From the human T2T-CHM13v2.0 reference genome, Homo sapiens, in NCBI RefSeq assembly GCF_009914755.1, contig NC_060947.1: a stretch of DNA of 64,000 nucleotides. One strand, 5' to 3'. Below are positions 39,025-56,530 of this stretch, piece by piece. Position 1 is the stretch's first letter. Each line of letters begins with the position of its first letter. The notes beneath the pieces are model-generated. The model was not told the origin of the DNA. It saw only the letters and a program-made list of their open reading frames with translations, and did no database searches. The translations under genes and the position numbers were made by a program.

Positions 39025-42000
39025 TTGGTTCTCAGGGAGAATGCTTCCAGGTTTTGGCCTTTGAGTAGGATGTTGGCTGTGGGTTTGTCCTAGATGACTC
39101 TTATTATTTTGAGGTATGCTTCTCTGATGCCCAGTTTGTTGAGGGTTTTTGACATGAAGGGATGTTGAATTTCGTTGAAAACCTCTTCTGCATCTATTGA
39201 GATGATATGTGGTTTTCGTTTTTAGTTGCGTTTATGTGATGAATCACATTTATTGATTTGCACATGTTGAACCAACCTTGCATCCCAGGAGTAGGGCCTA
39301 CTTGATCGTGATGGATTAGTTTTTTGATGTACTGCTGGAATCAATTTGCTGGTATTTTGGTGAGGATTTTTGCATCTAGGTTCATCAGGAATATTGGCCT
39401 GAAGTGTTGTATTTTCACTGTGTCTCCGTCAGGTTTGGGAATCAGAATGATGCTGGCCTCGTACAATGAGTTAGAGAGGAGTCCCAGTTCCTCAAATTTT
39501 TGGAATAGTTTCATTAGGGATTGGTTACAGCTCTTCTTTCTGTGTCTGATAGAATTGGACTGTGAATCCGTCTGGTCCAGGCCTTTGGTTGGTAGGTCTT
39601 TTTTATTACTGATTCAAGTTTGAAACTCGTTATTGGTCTGTCCAGGGATTCAGTTTCATCCTGGTTCAATCTTGGGAGGTTGTATGCTCCCAGGAATTTA
39701 TCGATTTCCTCTGGGTTTTCTAGATTATGTGCATACAGGTGTTCATAATAGTCGCTGAGGATTTTTGTTGTTGTTGCTGCATTTCTGTGGGGTCCGCAGT
39801 AATGTCACCTTTGTCATTTCTGATGGTGTTTATTTGGGCCTTCTCTCTCTTTCTTTCTTTTCCTTGTTTGTCTAGCTAGCAGTTTGTCGAGCTTATTTAT
39901 TTTTTCAAAGGACCTTTGGTTCCTTTGGTTTCTTTGACCTTTTGTAGGGTGGTTCACATCTCAACTTCTTTCAGTTCAGCTCTAATATTTGTTATTTCTT
40001 TTCTTCTGCTAGCTCTGGGGTCACTTTGCTCTTGTTTCTCTAGTTCCTCTAGGTGCGATGTTAGATTGCTAATGTGAGATCTGTCTGACTTTTTCCATGT
40101 AGGCACTTAGCACCATAAACTTTCCTCTTAACACTGTTTTAGCTGTGCCCCCAGAGATTCTGGTATGTTGTACCTTTGTTTTCAATAGCTTCAAAGAATT
40201 TTTTTGAATTCTGCCCAAATTTTGCTCTTTACTCAAAAGTCATTCAGGAGCAGGTTGTTTAATTTCCATACAATTGTTTGGTTTTGAGACATCTTCTTGG
40301 TATTAATCTCTATTTTCATTGCACTGTGGTCCGAGAGTGTGGCTGGTAATGATTTCAGGTTTGTTTTTGAATTTTTTGAGAATTGCTTTACGGCCAAACA
40401 TGTAGTCGACCTTATAATATAATTGATTGGTTTTGAAAGATCTATATATAATTGTTTGCCTCTGAGAGATCTTCCTGCTACAGATGTCTATTTTTATTGC
40501 ACTGCGGTCTGAGAGTGTGGCTGGTATGATTCCGGGTTTGTTTCTGAATTTTTTGAGAATTGCTTTATGGCTGAGCATGTGGTCGACCTTAGAGTATGTG
40601 CCCTGTGCAGATGAGAAGAATGTATATTGTGTTGTTGTTTCGTGCGATGTTCTGTGGATATCTGTTAGGTCAATTCTGTCAAGTGTTGAGTTTATGTCCC
40701 GAATATCTTTGTTAGTTTTCTGCCCCAGTGATCTAGCACTGTCAGTGGGGTGTTGAAGCCTCCCACTATGATTGTGTGGTTATTTAAGTTTCTTTGTAGG
40801 TCTCTAAGTGATTGTTTTGTGAATCTGCGTGCTCCAGTGTTGGGTGCATATATATTAAGGATAGTTAAGTCTTCTTGTTGAATTGAACCCTTTATCATTA
40901 TGCAGTGCCCTTCTTTGTCCTTTCTGATCATTGTGGGTTTAAAGTCTGTTTCGTCTGAAATAAGAACAGCAACCTCTGCTCTTTTCTGTTTTCCATTTGC
41001 TTGATAGATCTTTCTCCATCCCTTTACTTTGAGCCTATGATGGGTGTCATTGCATGTGAGATGGGTCTCTTAAAGACGGCATGCAGTTGGGTCTTGCTTC
41101 TTTATCCAACTTGCCACTCTCTGCCTTTTAAGTGGGGGCGTTTAGCCCATTTACATTCAAGGTTAATATTGATATGTGAGGATTTGATCCTGTCACTGTG
41201 CCGTTAGCTGGTTGTTATGTAGACGTGATTATATAGTTGCTTGGTAGTGTCAGTGGGCTGTGTACTTAAGTGTGTTTCTGTGGTGACAGGCAACGACCTT
41301 TTGTTTCCATGTTTAGCGCTCCCTTAAGGACCTCTGGTAATGCAGATCTGGGGGCAATGAGTTCCCTTAGCATTTGCTTGTCTGAAAAGGATTTTATTTC
41401 TGCTTTTCTTATGAAGCCTAGTTTGGTTAGATATGAAATTCCCAGTTGGAATTTCTTTTCTTTAAGGATGCTGACTATTGGCTCCCAATCTCTTCTGACT
41501 TGTAAGAGTTCTGCTGAAAGGTTTGCTGTTAGCCTGATGGGGTTCCCTTTGTATGTGACCTGCCCCTTCTCTCTGGCTGCTTTTAGTGGTTTTCCTTTCA
41601 CCTTGACCTTGGAGAATCTTATGACTATGCATCTTGGGGATGGTCATCTTCTGTAGCATCTCACTGGGGTTATCTGACTCTCCTGAATTTGCCTCTCTAC
41701 CTGTCTAGCGAGGTTGGGGAAATGTCTGTGGGCAATATCCTCAAATATGTTTTCCAAGTTGCTTGCTCTCTCCCTCTCTTTGTGGGACACCAATGAGTCA
41801 TAGGTTTGGTCTCTTCACATAATCTCATATTTCTTGGAGGTTTTGTTCATTTTTGTTAATTCTTTTTTTCCTTGTTTTAGTCTGATTGATCTGATTCAAA
41901 CAACTGGACATCAGGATCTGAGATTATTTCCTCAGGTTGTTCTAGCCTGCTGTTAATACTTCTGATTGTATTATGAAATTCTTGTAGTGAGTTTTTTAGC

Positions 42001-43455
42001 TCAAGCAGGTCAGTTTGGTTCTTTCTTAAAATGGCCATTTAATCTTTCACCTCTTGTATTGTTTTATTGGATTCCTTATATTCCTTGGCTGCCATGTCAA
42101 CTTTCTCGTGAATCTCAATGATCTTTGTTGCCATCCAGATTCTAAATTTTATGTCTATCATTTCAGCCACATAGGTCTGGTTAAGAACCATTACTGCAGA
42201 GCTAGTGTGGCCATTTGGAGACAAGAAGACACTCTGGCTTTTAGCATTAACAGAGTTCTTGGGCTGGTTCTTCCTCATCTGTGTGGGCTGACGTTCCTTT
42301 AATGTTTGAGGTTGCTGTCCTGTGGATGGGCCTTTTTGCTTTTACATTCTTTGATGAACTTGAGGTTTTGATGTGGTATAAGTCAATTTAGTCAATTGGC
42401 TTCATTTCTGGATGATTTTGGGGAACCAAGACACAGCTCAGCGCTCCTGGGCTGCATGCTCTACCCCTGGGGGCTGGGACGTGTCCATGGTTTTTTTTGT
42501 TTGTTTGTTTTTGTTTTTTTTTTTTTTTCTGGACTCTGAAGGTTTACTGCCTGCTCTTCTGGAGGGGCTGAGGTGTTCCCATTCCGCTGGCAACAGCACT
42601 CTGATGGGATGTTCCGGCCAAAGTACTTCCGTGGGGCAGCGGTAGGGCAGCAAGGGCCCCCAAATGCATGGGCTCACCAGCGAAGCAGTGCAGGAAGGCT
42701 ATGAGTGAGAGTGCATCGGTGGAGGAGGGCTGCGGGAGGGTGCACTTGTCTGCAGGGGACCACCTGCAGAAGATCCCCAACTGCTAGGCAGCGTCTGCCA
42801 GTGAAAGAGCTATGGTGGTGGCTGCTGGCAAATGCCTCATCTGGGAAGCTGAGGCTGCGCTGCAAGCGGATGTGGCCAGGCAGGGACGCTGGGATAGGCC
42901 AGCAGACAGCGGGACACTCAGATCAGACTGACCCTATCCCATGGCCAAGATTGCCCTGCTGCGTCCAGGTCCAGCAGCCAGCAAACACTAAAGCCACAGA
43001 GAGGAGTGTGGTGAGGCTTGGGGTTGGGTGCCCATGGCCATGCTTCAGTGCAGCTTTTCCCATGCTAAACCCTCTGGACTCCATGCAGGCAAGATTTCTA
43101 TCTCTGCCAGCTCTCCCGGCAATTCTCCCTGCAATCTCAAATGTCTGTGGGGGTCATGGGGTCTCCTGCAGCTTGGATTCCAGAGGTCCATGGCGAGAAT
43201 GAGCCACTCTATGCTTGTTTTACTCGCCCCTTCCCCAGGAGTCACTCAGGCCCCAAAATGAGTCCTGGTCCTCAGCAACCTGATGCAGGGTTCCCAGCTT
43301 CCTCCCCTTTCAGCTCAGGGTCTGTGTCCTTCCTCCATCCATTTTCAATGCCTTCTTTCCAAAGATCTGTTTGGAATGTGCTGGTCTTCTTGATGATCGG
43401 GTCTCTTATTGGGAGGAGTTCTTCCTGTCTGCATCTGGTCAGCCATCTTTGCCCC
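39025..43455 (-). mobile_element. 5' half of an older primate L1 (L1PA13-16/L1PB class): 5' UTR, ORF1 and N-terminal ORF2, 3' end missing
   Basis: ORF 41266-41601 is ORF1-like and ORF 40692-40931 is endonuclease-like; the 5' start reads ggggcaaagatggctgacc on the minus strand. Confidence 0.85.
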
Positions 43456-43664
43456 AAAGCCTTCAGTAATTTTTAAATCTGAGAATGTGTTAATTTTCCC
43501 CTTCATTTTTGAAGGATGGTTTTGCTGGATATGTAATTCCTGCTTGACAGGTTTCTCCTTTTTTAGAACTTTGAATATATCGCCTACTGCTTGAGGACTA
43601 CATATCTCTTATGAGATACAGTCTCCTTACTAGTTATAGTAAGGAGTTATCAGTAATAGGAATT

Positions 43665-44695
43665 ATCAGTAATCAAAACCTTCCAACAAAGTCAAGTCTT
43701 GGGCCAGATGACTTCATTGGTGAATTCTACCAAACATTTAAAGAAGAATTACCACCATTCCTTCTAAATCTCTTCCAAAAAATTGAAGAAGAGGGAACAC
43801 TTCCTAACTCATTCCATAAGGCCAGTGTTAGTTACCATGATACCAAAGTCTGCCAAAGCCACAACAAGAAAGCTACAAAGCAATATCCCTTATGAATACC
43901 AATGTTCAGAATCCTAGATGAAACGCTAGCAGGCAGAACCTTGCAGTATATTGAAAGGATTACACACCCATGACTGAATGGGAATAATTGCTGAAATGCA
44001 AAGATGATTCAACACATGAAAATAAACCCATGCACTATATTAACAGACTGATGATAAAAGACCGCATCACCATGTCAACTGATGCAGAAAAAGCACCTAA
44101 CAAAATCCAACATGGTTTTATAATAAAAACCCTCAACAGATTAGGAAGAGAAGGATACTTCCTTAGCGTGACATAAACCATATATGGAAATACCTATAGC
44201 TAACGTCATACTCAATGGAAAAGACTGAAAGGTTTTCCCCTAAGATCGGGAACAGGACAAGGATGCCTGCTTTTGTCACTTCTAACTCAACATACTATTG
44301 AAAGCTCTAGACAGAGTAATTAGGCAAGAGTAAGAAATAGAAGGCATCTAAGATGGAAAAGAAGAAGTTATCCCCTGTCACAGACGACATGATCTTCTAT
44401 GTAGAAAACCCTAGAGATTCCACAAAAAAAGCTGTTAGGGCTAATAAATGAATTTGTCAAAGTTGCAAGATAGAAAATCAACACACCATAACCAGTTGCA
44501 TTTGTGTACACTGACAATCAACAGTCCAAGAATAATTAAGAAAATAATTACATTTACAATAGCACGAAAAGAATAGAATACTCAGGAGTAGACGTAATCA
44601 AGACATTTACCTTGAGAACTACAACACTGCTTGAAGAAATTAAAGAAGACATAAATAAGTGGAAAGATGTCCTGTGTTCATGGGTTGTGGTTAAT
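43665..44695 (+). mobile_element. Old L1M ORF2 fragment
   Basis: [17 protein letters not shown]...[11 protein letters not shown] in ORF 43611-43895. Confidence 0.85.
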
Positions 44696-44759
44696 TTTGC
44701 GAAAAAGTCTTTCCTGCTCTGAGGACATAAACTTAGGCACTCTCGTAATTGTTCTAACA

Positions 44760-48105
<3,346 letters not shown>

Positions 48106-49552
48106 CTTTTTCCACTAAGGTTTCTTTTTTTTTTTTTTAATTTCTGGAATTTATATTGTGTATGGAGTGAGATAGCAATCTCCTCTCTAAAAAATGGGTA
48201 TAACCAATGGATCCAGCACTATATATTGAATAGCCTGTCTTTTCTTCAGCTAACCTTCAATGGCAAACCTCTCATGCCACGTTTTCCTATATTTAATGGG
48301 CTCTCTATCCTATCAATTGTATTGGCCTAGATGTCATATAAGTGAACTATCTTAACTATCTTAATTATTAAAACTTGATATCTTGTAAGCCATGTCCCTT
48401 CTGATCCCCTCTACTTTGTTTTAATATTCTTGGATATTAAGCGCCCTTGGTCCTTCAGTATGCATTCTAGAGTCATAGAGTCTATTGTTCCGTAGAAAGC
48501 TGTGTTGGATTTTTTATTGGAATCACGTCAAATATACAGGTTAAGTGGAGAAAACCGTCATCTTTATCATAGGGATTCTTCCATGAGCATGCTTTATATC
48601 TGCCTAATTTGGAACTAATAGCTCTCGATAACATTTGATAATTTTCTCATTTAAAGTCTGAAGCATCTTTGTTAGACTTATTTCCATGTACCTTACTATT
48701 TTGTGGCAGTTATAATTGGTGTTCATTGAAGAGTTGTTTTTCCTCTAAGTGGTTGTTGCTGGTTTGTAGGAATACAGTTGATTTTCTTCTTAGCTGTAAT
48801 TAATGCTGAGAGTTTGTAGATTATCTCAGGTTTTTCCATACAGGTAAATAATATATTGTCTATATAGATATGATCGTTTGGGTGTTTTTAATTCCAATCA
48901 TTATATCTTTTATTTATTGCACTGGCTAGAACCGCCACTGTTGAGCAGAAATGACAATATTGAGCAACCTTGTCCTGTTCTTGATTTTTAAGGACAATCC
49001 ATGTAAATCTTCACCAGTGTGCACAGCTGTTGGTGCAGATTATTTTGTAGATATGTGTTTTCCATCTGTTTTTTCCCAGTTTGGCAAGAATTGTGTTTTG
49101 GTTTGTTTTTGTGTGTTCCGTGAACAGGCACTGGATTTTATCAAATGATTTTACCCTGTCCATTAAAATGATAGCCCAATCTTGTTTCTTTCCATTAATG
49201 GGATGATTTACATTAACATTCCTTTCTAATGTTAAGGCATTTTTACACTGCTGTGATACACCAAACTTGTTCTGGTTTATTATCATTTCTGTGCGTCACT
49301 TAAGTCTGCAGTATTTAATTTAGCATTTAGCTTGAATTATAAATTTCCTTTCTCCTATTATACTTACCTCATTTTAGAGTCAAGATTATCCTCATAAAAT
49401 ATACTTGGGAGTGTAAGCTTTTATCTTGGTCTTTGGTGAAGTTTGTATGAACTTGGAATTAATTATCTACTCCTTGAATGTTTAGTGGAATTTTCCCCGT
49501 GTTCCTGGTAGTTTTCTTGACGTTGTTTTTTTTTTTTTTGAACTAAAGATCT

Positions 49553-49737
49553 ATTTTTTTTAATGTCAACTTTTATTTTTAGATAGAATGGTTACACATA
49601 CAGGTTTGTTACATGGGAATATTGTGTGATGCTGAGGTTTGGGGTGTGGATCCCATCACCCAGGTTTTGAGCATAGTATCCAATAAATAGGTTTTCAACC
49701 CATATCCCCTCCCTGCCCCCTCGAGTAGTCCACAGTA
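49553..49737 (-). mobile_element. L1PA15/16-like 3' fragment inside older L1M sequence
   Basis: caggtttgttacatggg...gatgctgaggtttgggg...cccatcacccagg. Confidence 0.75.
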
Positions 49738-50082
49738 ATTTCTTTAATCGTTGTTAAGTCTAGTCAAGTTTTCTATTTCTTCTATAGTTAGTTTAGGCAG
49801 GATATGTTTCTCTTTCAAAATTTCTACGTTGTCTAGGCATTAATTTATATCAGTATGAAATTGTTTTTGGTATTATCTTGTTTATTGTTTATGTCTAATC
49901 ATATTCTGCTTGTTAATTTTTAATATTGTTCCTTTGTGTTCTCTCTCTCTCTCCTCCTGTCCACTGCTCTTCATCTTTCTCCCTTCACCAGTATTGCCAA
50001 CGTTGGCTGTTTCGTCAGTCTTTTCAGAAACCAACTTTTGGTTTGGTTGATTTTGTTGATTCTCTCTATTGTACTTTTCTTT

Positions 50083-50094
50083 CTCTCTTTCTTT

Positions 50095-50139
<45 letters not shown>

Positions 50140-50441
50140 GTTTTGTTTGTTTTTTTTGTTTTGTTTTGTTTTTTGAGACAGAGTCTCACTCTGTCACCCA
50201 GGCTAGAGTGCAGTGGCGCCATCTTGGCTCACTACAACCTCCGCCTCCCTGGTTCAAGCGATTCTCCTGCCTCAGCTTCCTGAGTAGCTGGGATTACCTG
50301 CGCGTGACACCACGCCTGGCTAATTTTTGTATTTTTAGTAGAGACGGAGTTTCACCACGTTGGTCAGGCTGGTCTCGAACTCCTGACCCCGTGATCCGCC
50401 CGCCTCAGCCTCCCAAAGTGCTGAGATTACCATGCCCGGCC
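50083..50441 (-). mobile_element. AluS (Sg-like) with (TA)n-expanded tail
   Basis: TSD tctattgtacttttcttt at 50065-50082 and 50442-50459; (AT)n at 50097-50136. Confidence 0.92.
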
Positions 50442-50601
50442 TCTATTGTACTTTTCTTTTATACCTCATTGCTTTCTCGCCTCATATTATTTTTTCTTTT
50501 TATTTTTCTGCTTTTCTTTTGCTCTTCTTTCAAGCATGGATATGACTCTACACAGCTGCACCCAGGGGTGACCTTTAAAGACAGTGCAGAGAAAAGTATC
50601 T

Positions 50602-50773
50602 CCCTGTTGTGGGGTGGGGGGACGGGGGAGGGATAGCATTAGGAGATATACCTAATGTTAAATGACGAGTTAATGGGTGCAGCACACCAACATGGCACAT
50701 GTATACATATGTAACAAACCTGCACGTTGTGCACATGTACCCTAAAACTTAAAGGATTAAAAAAAAAAAAAAA
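50602..50773 (+). mobile_element. L1PA4-like 3'-end fragment with poly-A
   Basis: cctgttgtggggtggggggacgggggagggatagcattaggagatatacctaatgttaaatgacgag... Confidence 0.92.
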
Positions 50774-52556
50774 GAAGTCTGTTGAAAAGATACACTATGG
50801 ACCTTGGGCTCAAAGACCTACGGTAGGAAGCTCTGAGTAGGATGTGAGAAAAATCAATGTGACAGTGAAAAACAATTATTATGTACAACTCTTTTATATT
50901 CTAAAGAAGGGGGTTAAGAATAAAGATCCTTGATGTGCTGATCAGGGTGATGAGTCTGAGGATTCAGTCATCAGAATCTCACAGAGATAAATGGCTCCAC
51001 AGAGAAAAGAGATTTGAAGGGAATGAGACTGTTCAGGAAGAACAGGAGCTGATGCCCATCCATCTCATGAGGGTATGAGGAAGAGAGGCAAGATAGTCTA
51101 ACGCAGACTGTTTGGTGACATTTCACTGGGACACGTGCCATTGAATCTCCCCCGTTTGTCCCCATGAAGACGTCTACAAATGCGCATTGAATGTTTTGGT
51201 AATCAGATTTATCATTGGTTTGGGGGTGGGGGGTGAATTTCAGCATCTACTGTCAAGCGGGGCAAGAGCAAAGGTAGCTCTTGGCGCCCTAATAGTACTC
51301 TGCTTCAATAAGTTAGCTGTGGTCATTGCAAATTATGTCAGCAGAAGTTGAGTGGTTAAACATGGGCTTTACCTTCAGAGAAACGGAACAATTCTGAAAA
51401 AGAAGAAAAGAGAGAAGATCCAAACTTGCCACAGGCACATGCAGCAGGTTCTCCAGTCCTCTTTAGAGTGGTTTAGCTGTTTAAAAACATTGGGTGGGTT
51501 CTGGCACGTGCCTAGTGTTTTCCACTCTTACCCTGTTTATGCACCTCTGTCCTGCTTCCTTGATCAGCTGCCCACCAGTCCTGAGATTCTCCCAACATGG
51601 ATCACTTCTCAGTCATTGAGAAGGGAATATGAGAGGAGGTCTAGATCATTATGTTCTTATTTGGCAGTTTAATTGTTAAAAGGAACATTCACCAATATAC
51701 TCCCACCTCGACACCCACAGAACGTAAAAATAAACTGTTGTAGGATGTGGTACAGTGGCTCTTACAGGGTATACTAGAGAAGAATGAGGATGTGAAGAAA
51801 ACTGGGGTTCACATTGAGCCTGGGGTGGAAATCCTGGCTGTTCAGGGTGGTGGAAAGTGTAGGGCTGATTGCCATTCCTATGATGCCTTCCTTGAATCCT
51901 CCGGTAAGTATCCACATCTTCTAGTCTCTGACTTCGACCATATTTATCACCTCTAATACCAGAGTTCTGAAGTTTGTTTCTTGCTGGATTAGTTTCTGTG
52001 GTCTTCTAAGGACTTATGACCTATACGTCTGTTTTATAGCCTATAAAATTTTGCTAACATATTTTTCTTGGTGTGGTGTCGTTGTCTGGTACCTTCTGAT
52101 TTTTTGTCCCGCTTTGCACCCCCCGCCCCCCCCCCACTTCATTATTAGGGGTTTTCTGGTGGGAGCATAAAAAGCATTTGCACTCAGTATTCCTGAAGTA
52201 ATCAGAAGTAAATTGATAGATTCTCTAATGTTCCACTACCCTTTCATTCCTGGAACGAACGCTTTTTTAATAGACATATACTAGTTAAGTTTAGTAATAA
52301 TTAATTTAGAAGTTTTGCATCTGTAATTATATATACTATAATTTTTACTGCTCGTACTGTCCTTTTTGAACTTTCAGTGTCTAATTTTACCAGCCTCATG
52401 ATAGAGACTTTAAAAATAATCTCATTGACTTTACTGACAAATGTCTTATTATGTCTGAAATATAATGGATCTAGAACCTGAAAAAATTAGTTAATGAAAT
52501 GCACTGAAATGAATGGAAAGTAGGATACTCTTCTATGGTTTTTAAAAATTGAGGCA

Positions 52557-54877
52557 TTTACTGAGTCATATAGTGGCCCCCGCCAAATTCCTGTCCACCC
52601 TGAACCTGTAAATGTGGCAGTATTTGGAAATAGTGTTTTTTCAGACGCAGTCACATTAAGATGAGATCATATTGAACCAGGCAGGGTAGGCCCTAACTCC
52701 AATATGACTGCTGTCCCTATAAATAGAGGTAGATTTGGACAAGGAGACACAGACACATAGGGGAGTCGCGTGGAGACAGAGACAGAGACTGGAGTAAGGC
52801 ATTACAAACCAAGGAGTGACAAGGAGTACCAGCATCCACCAGGAACTAGGAGAGCTAAGAAAGGCTTCTTCCGTCAGATGGAGCATGGCCCTGCTGACAT
52901 CTTGATTTTGTACTTCTAGCCCCCAGAACTGTGTGAGAATAAATTTATCTTGCTTTTAGCCACCCAGTTTGGGTATTTTGTTATGGCAGCCCTAAGAAAC
53001 TAATGCAGATTTTAGTGCTAAGACGTGGGTTGTTCCTGTCACAAATGCCTAAAAATATGGAAGTGGCTTTGTAATTGGGTAATGACTAGAGGCTGGAAGA
53101 CTTGAGGCACATGATATGAAAACCCTAGATTGCCTTGAAGAGACCGTTGGTAGAAATATGAATGCTAAAGGTGATTCTTGTGAGAGCTCCAGAAGGAAGT
53201 GAGAAGAGTTGTAGAGGAAGTGCTTATCATCTTAGAGAACACGTGTATCATTATGAACAGAATGATGCTAGAAATATGAATATTCAAGCTGCTTATGATG
53301 CCGTCTGAGATGGAAATTAGACACATGTTAATGAGCACTGGAGGAAAGGTGACCCTTGTGATAGAGTGTCAGAAAACTTGAATGAATTGTGTAGAAAGCA
53401 GGTCTTGTAAGCGACGAACTTGGATATTTAGCTAGGAGATTTCCATGCAAACTCTGGAAGGTGTGGCCTTGTCTCTTTATAGTAAAACGTGAGAGTAAAG
53501 AGATAAGTTGAGGAAGGAACTGTTAAGCCAAAAGGAAGCACGCTTGATGATTTGGAAAATTCACAGTCTACCCAGATAGTGCACTATGGAAACAGGGCCA
53601 AAAGTGTGGCTGAACAGCCATTTGCTAATGAGACTAGCTAGGCATGTGGACCCAACCAACCACCTTGGCCCTAAGCCAGGAAACCAGATAGGTTAATCCA
53701 GGAAGGACCCACACAGAGCCTACATATCTAGTTGTGTGGATCCCCTTGGCATCTGCAAAAACATGGCAAGGATTTTGAGAGTTTTATACTAGCAGAAACG
53801 CTGCCAGCCTGGACTGAAATGTCCAGAGATGGGACAAAAATGAAAGAAGAATGTCTCTGAAGGCAGAAACATGGAAGACCAGACCAGAAATGGCATTGTC
53901 ATTACCCTGGAGGGCTGGATGGACTGAGTCCCTGACCCAGAAAGCCAGGAAGATGGGGCTGCCTCCCTGGAGGGTCCTAAAGTTTGGGGCTGCCTCCCTG
54001 AAGGGCCCTTGGGACAGAAGATTGAGCCATGGAAGTTCACTCTCGGCCTGAAACTTAATGGACTTTTTTCCTGCTGGGTTGTGAACCTGCCCCAGAGCGA
54101 CAACCCCTTTAATCTTTCCACCTTCTCCCTTTTGTGAAGGGGACGTCTAACCTACGTCCGTCCCACTGTAGTATTCTGGAAGTAGATAACTTGTTTTCTA
54201 GCTTCATGGGTCTGCAGACAGAGAGGAACATTGCCCCAGGGTGGACCTTGCCCAAAGTCTACTCGGTAAGATCCTGACAATTTTAGATGAGATTTTGGAT
54301 TTAGGGTTAATGCTGGAATAGGTGAAGATCTGGAGGATTTGGAGATGGGGTGAATATAATTTACTCACGGTAAGAATGTAAATATTGGGGAGCCAGAGGG
54401 CAGACTCTATTGGGTTGAATAGTGCGTGCACCCCCCTCCCCAAATTTATGTCTACCTGGAATCTGTGAAGGTGATTTTAATTGGAAGCAAGGTCTCTGTA
54501 GATGTAATCAAGTGACGATAAAGTCACACTGGACTAGGGTGTGCCCTAATCCAATGACTGGTATCTTTATAAGAAGAGGAAAATTGGGACAAAGAGACAG
54601 ACACACAGGGAGAATACCATGTGACAACCGAGGCAGAGATTAGGGTTAAGCTGCCACAAGCCAAGGAATGCCAAGGATTGCCAGCAACCACCAGAAGCTA
54701 AGAGAGATGTGTGGTACAGATTCTCTCTTTAACTGCCACCCTCACCACAAGGTACCAATCTTGCTGACACCTTGATTTCAAACGTTTGGCCAATAGAAAT
54801 GTGAGAGTTTAAAATTCTGTTGTTTCAAGCCACCCGTTTATGGAAATTTGTTATAGCAGCCTGAAGAAACGAATACA
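52557..54877 (+). mobile_element. Complete MaLR provirus: MLT1C-like LTR (52557-53027), internal region (53028-54405), LTR (54406-54877)
   Basis: The two LTRs end gcagccctaagaaactaatgca and gcagcctgaagaaacgaataca. The internal region starts gattttagtgctaaga...gaagtggctttg and ends in the PPT-like gggagccagagggcagac. Confidence 0.88.
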
Positions 54878-55489
54878 GCACTTGAGTCCTGTTTAGCAAG
54901 GATCAAGCTAGAGCTCTTTGGTCACTGTGTCTAGCCTGGTGAACATCAGTGGCTGCTTGGGGCAGCCATATGGACATTATTTGTGATTGTGCATCCCTGA
55001 GATGGGCCTGGGGATGAGCCCTTGTGAGTTATGCAAAAAAAAAAAAAAAAAAAAAAAGGAAGGACCCCAGCACCCCAGGGAGACTTAAGCATGGCACCAA
55101 GTTGCCTAACAGTCATTGTTTTTCAGGCATGGGTACCACAGTTGCTGCCGTAGCATGCATTCTCCTTACCCTCAAGCGTATTCATGTGCATAGCCATGGC
55201 AGCCGGTGTCCCAGGGACTGATGATTAAATAAAGAGGGTGGTGGAGGAGGAGCGTTTGGCACTCAGCTGCTCCCACAGTGCTAAACCACTTAGCCCTTAT
55301 TCTATGCAGAGCTATATCTAAGTTTCATTTAATTCTCACGCCAAATTGAGGATCATGATGGAAAATTTTGTCTATAGCTAAATAGAAAGCTGAAACTAAG
55401 AAAGGTCAAGTATCATGAAGTAAAAGAGAGGTTCTATTAGTAATAGCAAAAACTTGGACTTCAAGCACTGTGTTCCTTTCATTTGTTTT

Positions 55490-55750
55490 TAAATTTTATT
55501 TATTTTTTAATTAGACAAAATTGTATATATTTACGGGGTACAATGTGGTATTTTGATAAGTGTATACATTTAGAAAGACTAACTCAAGCTAATTAATATA
55601 TCCATCATCTCACCTACTTATCACATTTTGTGTTAAGAATATCTAAAATCTACTTTTAAAGCAATATTGAAATATATGATACGTTGTTATTAACTCTGCT
55701 CACTATGCTGTGCAATTGATCACCAAAACATATTCCTCCTGTCTAACTGT
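55490..55750 (-). mobile_element. L1MA 3'-terminal fragment
   Basis: aaaattgtatatatttacggggtacaatgtg...tattcctcctgtctaactg. Confidence 0.8.
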
Positions 55751-56379
55751 GCTCCAGTCCCAAATCCTCAGCAGTAAAATGCCCCTGTCTCTCCTCAGTG
55801 AAACCACTCTTGATTAATAAAGTAGTCTTAGTGTAGTCTTACCTGGGGCTTAGTTGTCCCAGATCTTTCCTGCCATCCACCAGAACCTCTTTGCCTGTAG
55901 AGAGTCTTCTGAACTTGAGAAGCTGCAGGATTATGAAAGCCCAGCATGTCATACACTTGCCTGCTCATTGCTCCTTCTCTCACCTTGGCTCTCTTGTCTC
56001 TCATAGCAATGTCATCTCAATATCGGGCATCATGAACATAACTCTTCCGGCCTGTCACAGAAATGAAGCAAATAAACTGATGGAAAAAAAACCATAAAGA
56101 AACCCACAATACCAGCCACAAGTCAAACCATTTAAAACTGTTACTTTTGTATTAGTATCAGACAAAATAGACGTTAAGACAACAATAATTATTTGGAATA
56201 AAGAAGGCCACCATGTAGTCATGATAGAACATTTATCAAAGAGCTAAAAAGTCTGAACTTAACATGCACTCAAAAACATAGCCAAGAAATACATAAAGCA
56301 CGATGTTCAGAGTTACAAGAAGGTTGCCACAATAAAATATAAAAGTGCACTATTTTAGAGTTGGGGCAGTTCCAAGAAG

Positions 56380-56530
56380 TAGCAAGATCCAGGGAGTGCC
56401 CCTGAGCATGGCAGTCAAATAAGAGGTCTTGCGACCATGAGGCTTGGAATCAGACTGGTTTTCTACATGGACATTGAAATCACCCAGGACTGTGACAAGA
56501 TTAGGTGTAGAAACTCTGAATGAGACATAA
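56380..56530 (-). mobile_element. L2 endonuclease-domain fragment
   Basis: Minus-strand peptide VLGDFNVHV, an APE-type GDFN motif of L2/CR1. Confidence 0.5.

Noticed and set aside
50535-50596. Possible cryptic exon (pyrimidine tract, caag|catgg...gaaaa|gtatct)
   Set aside because: The donor is very weak and the pyrimidine tract derives from antisense L1; no other support.
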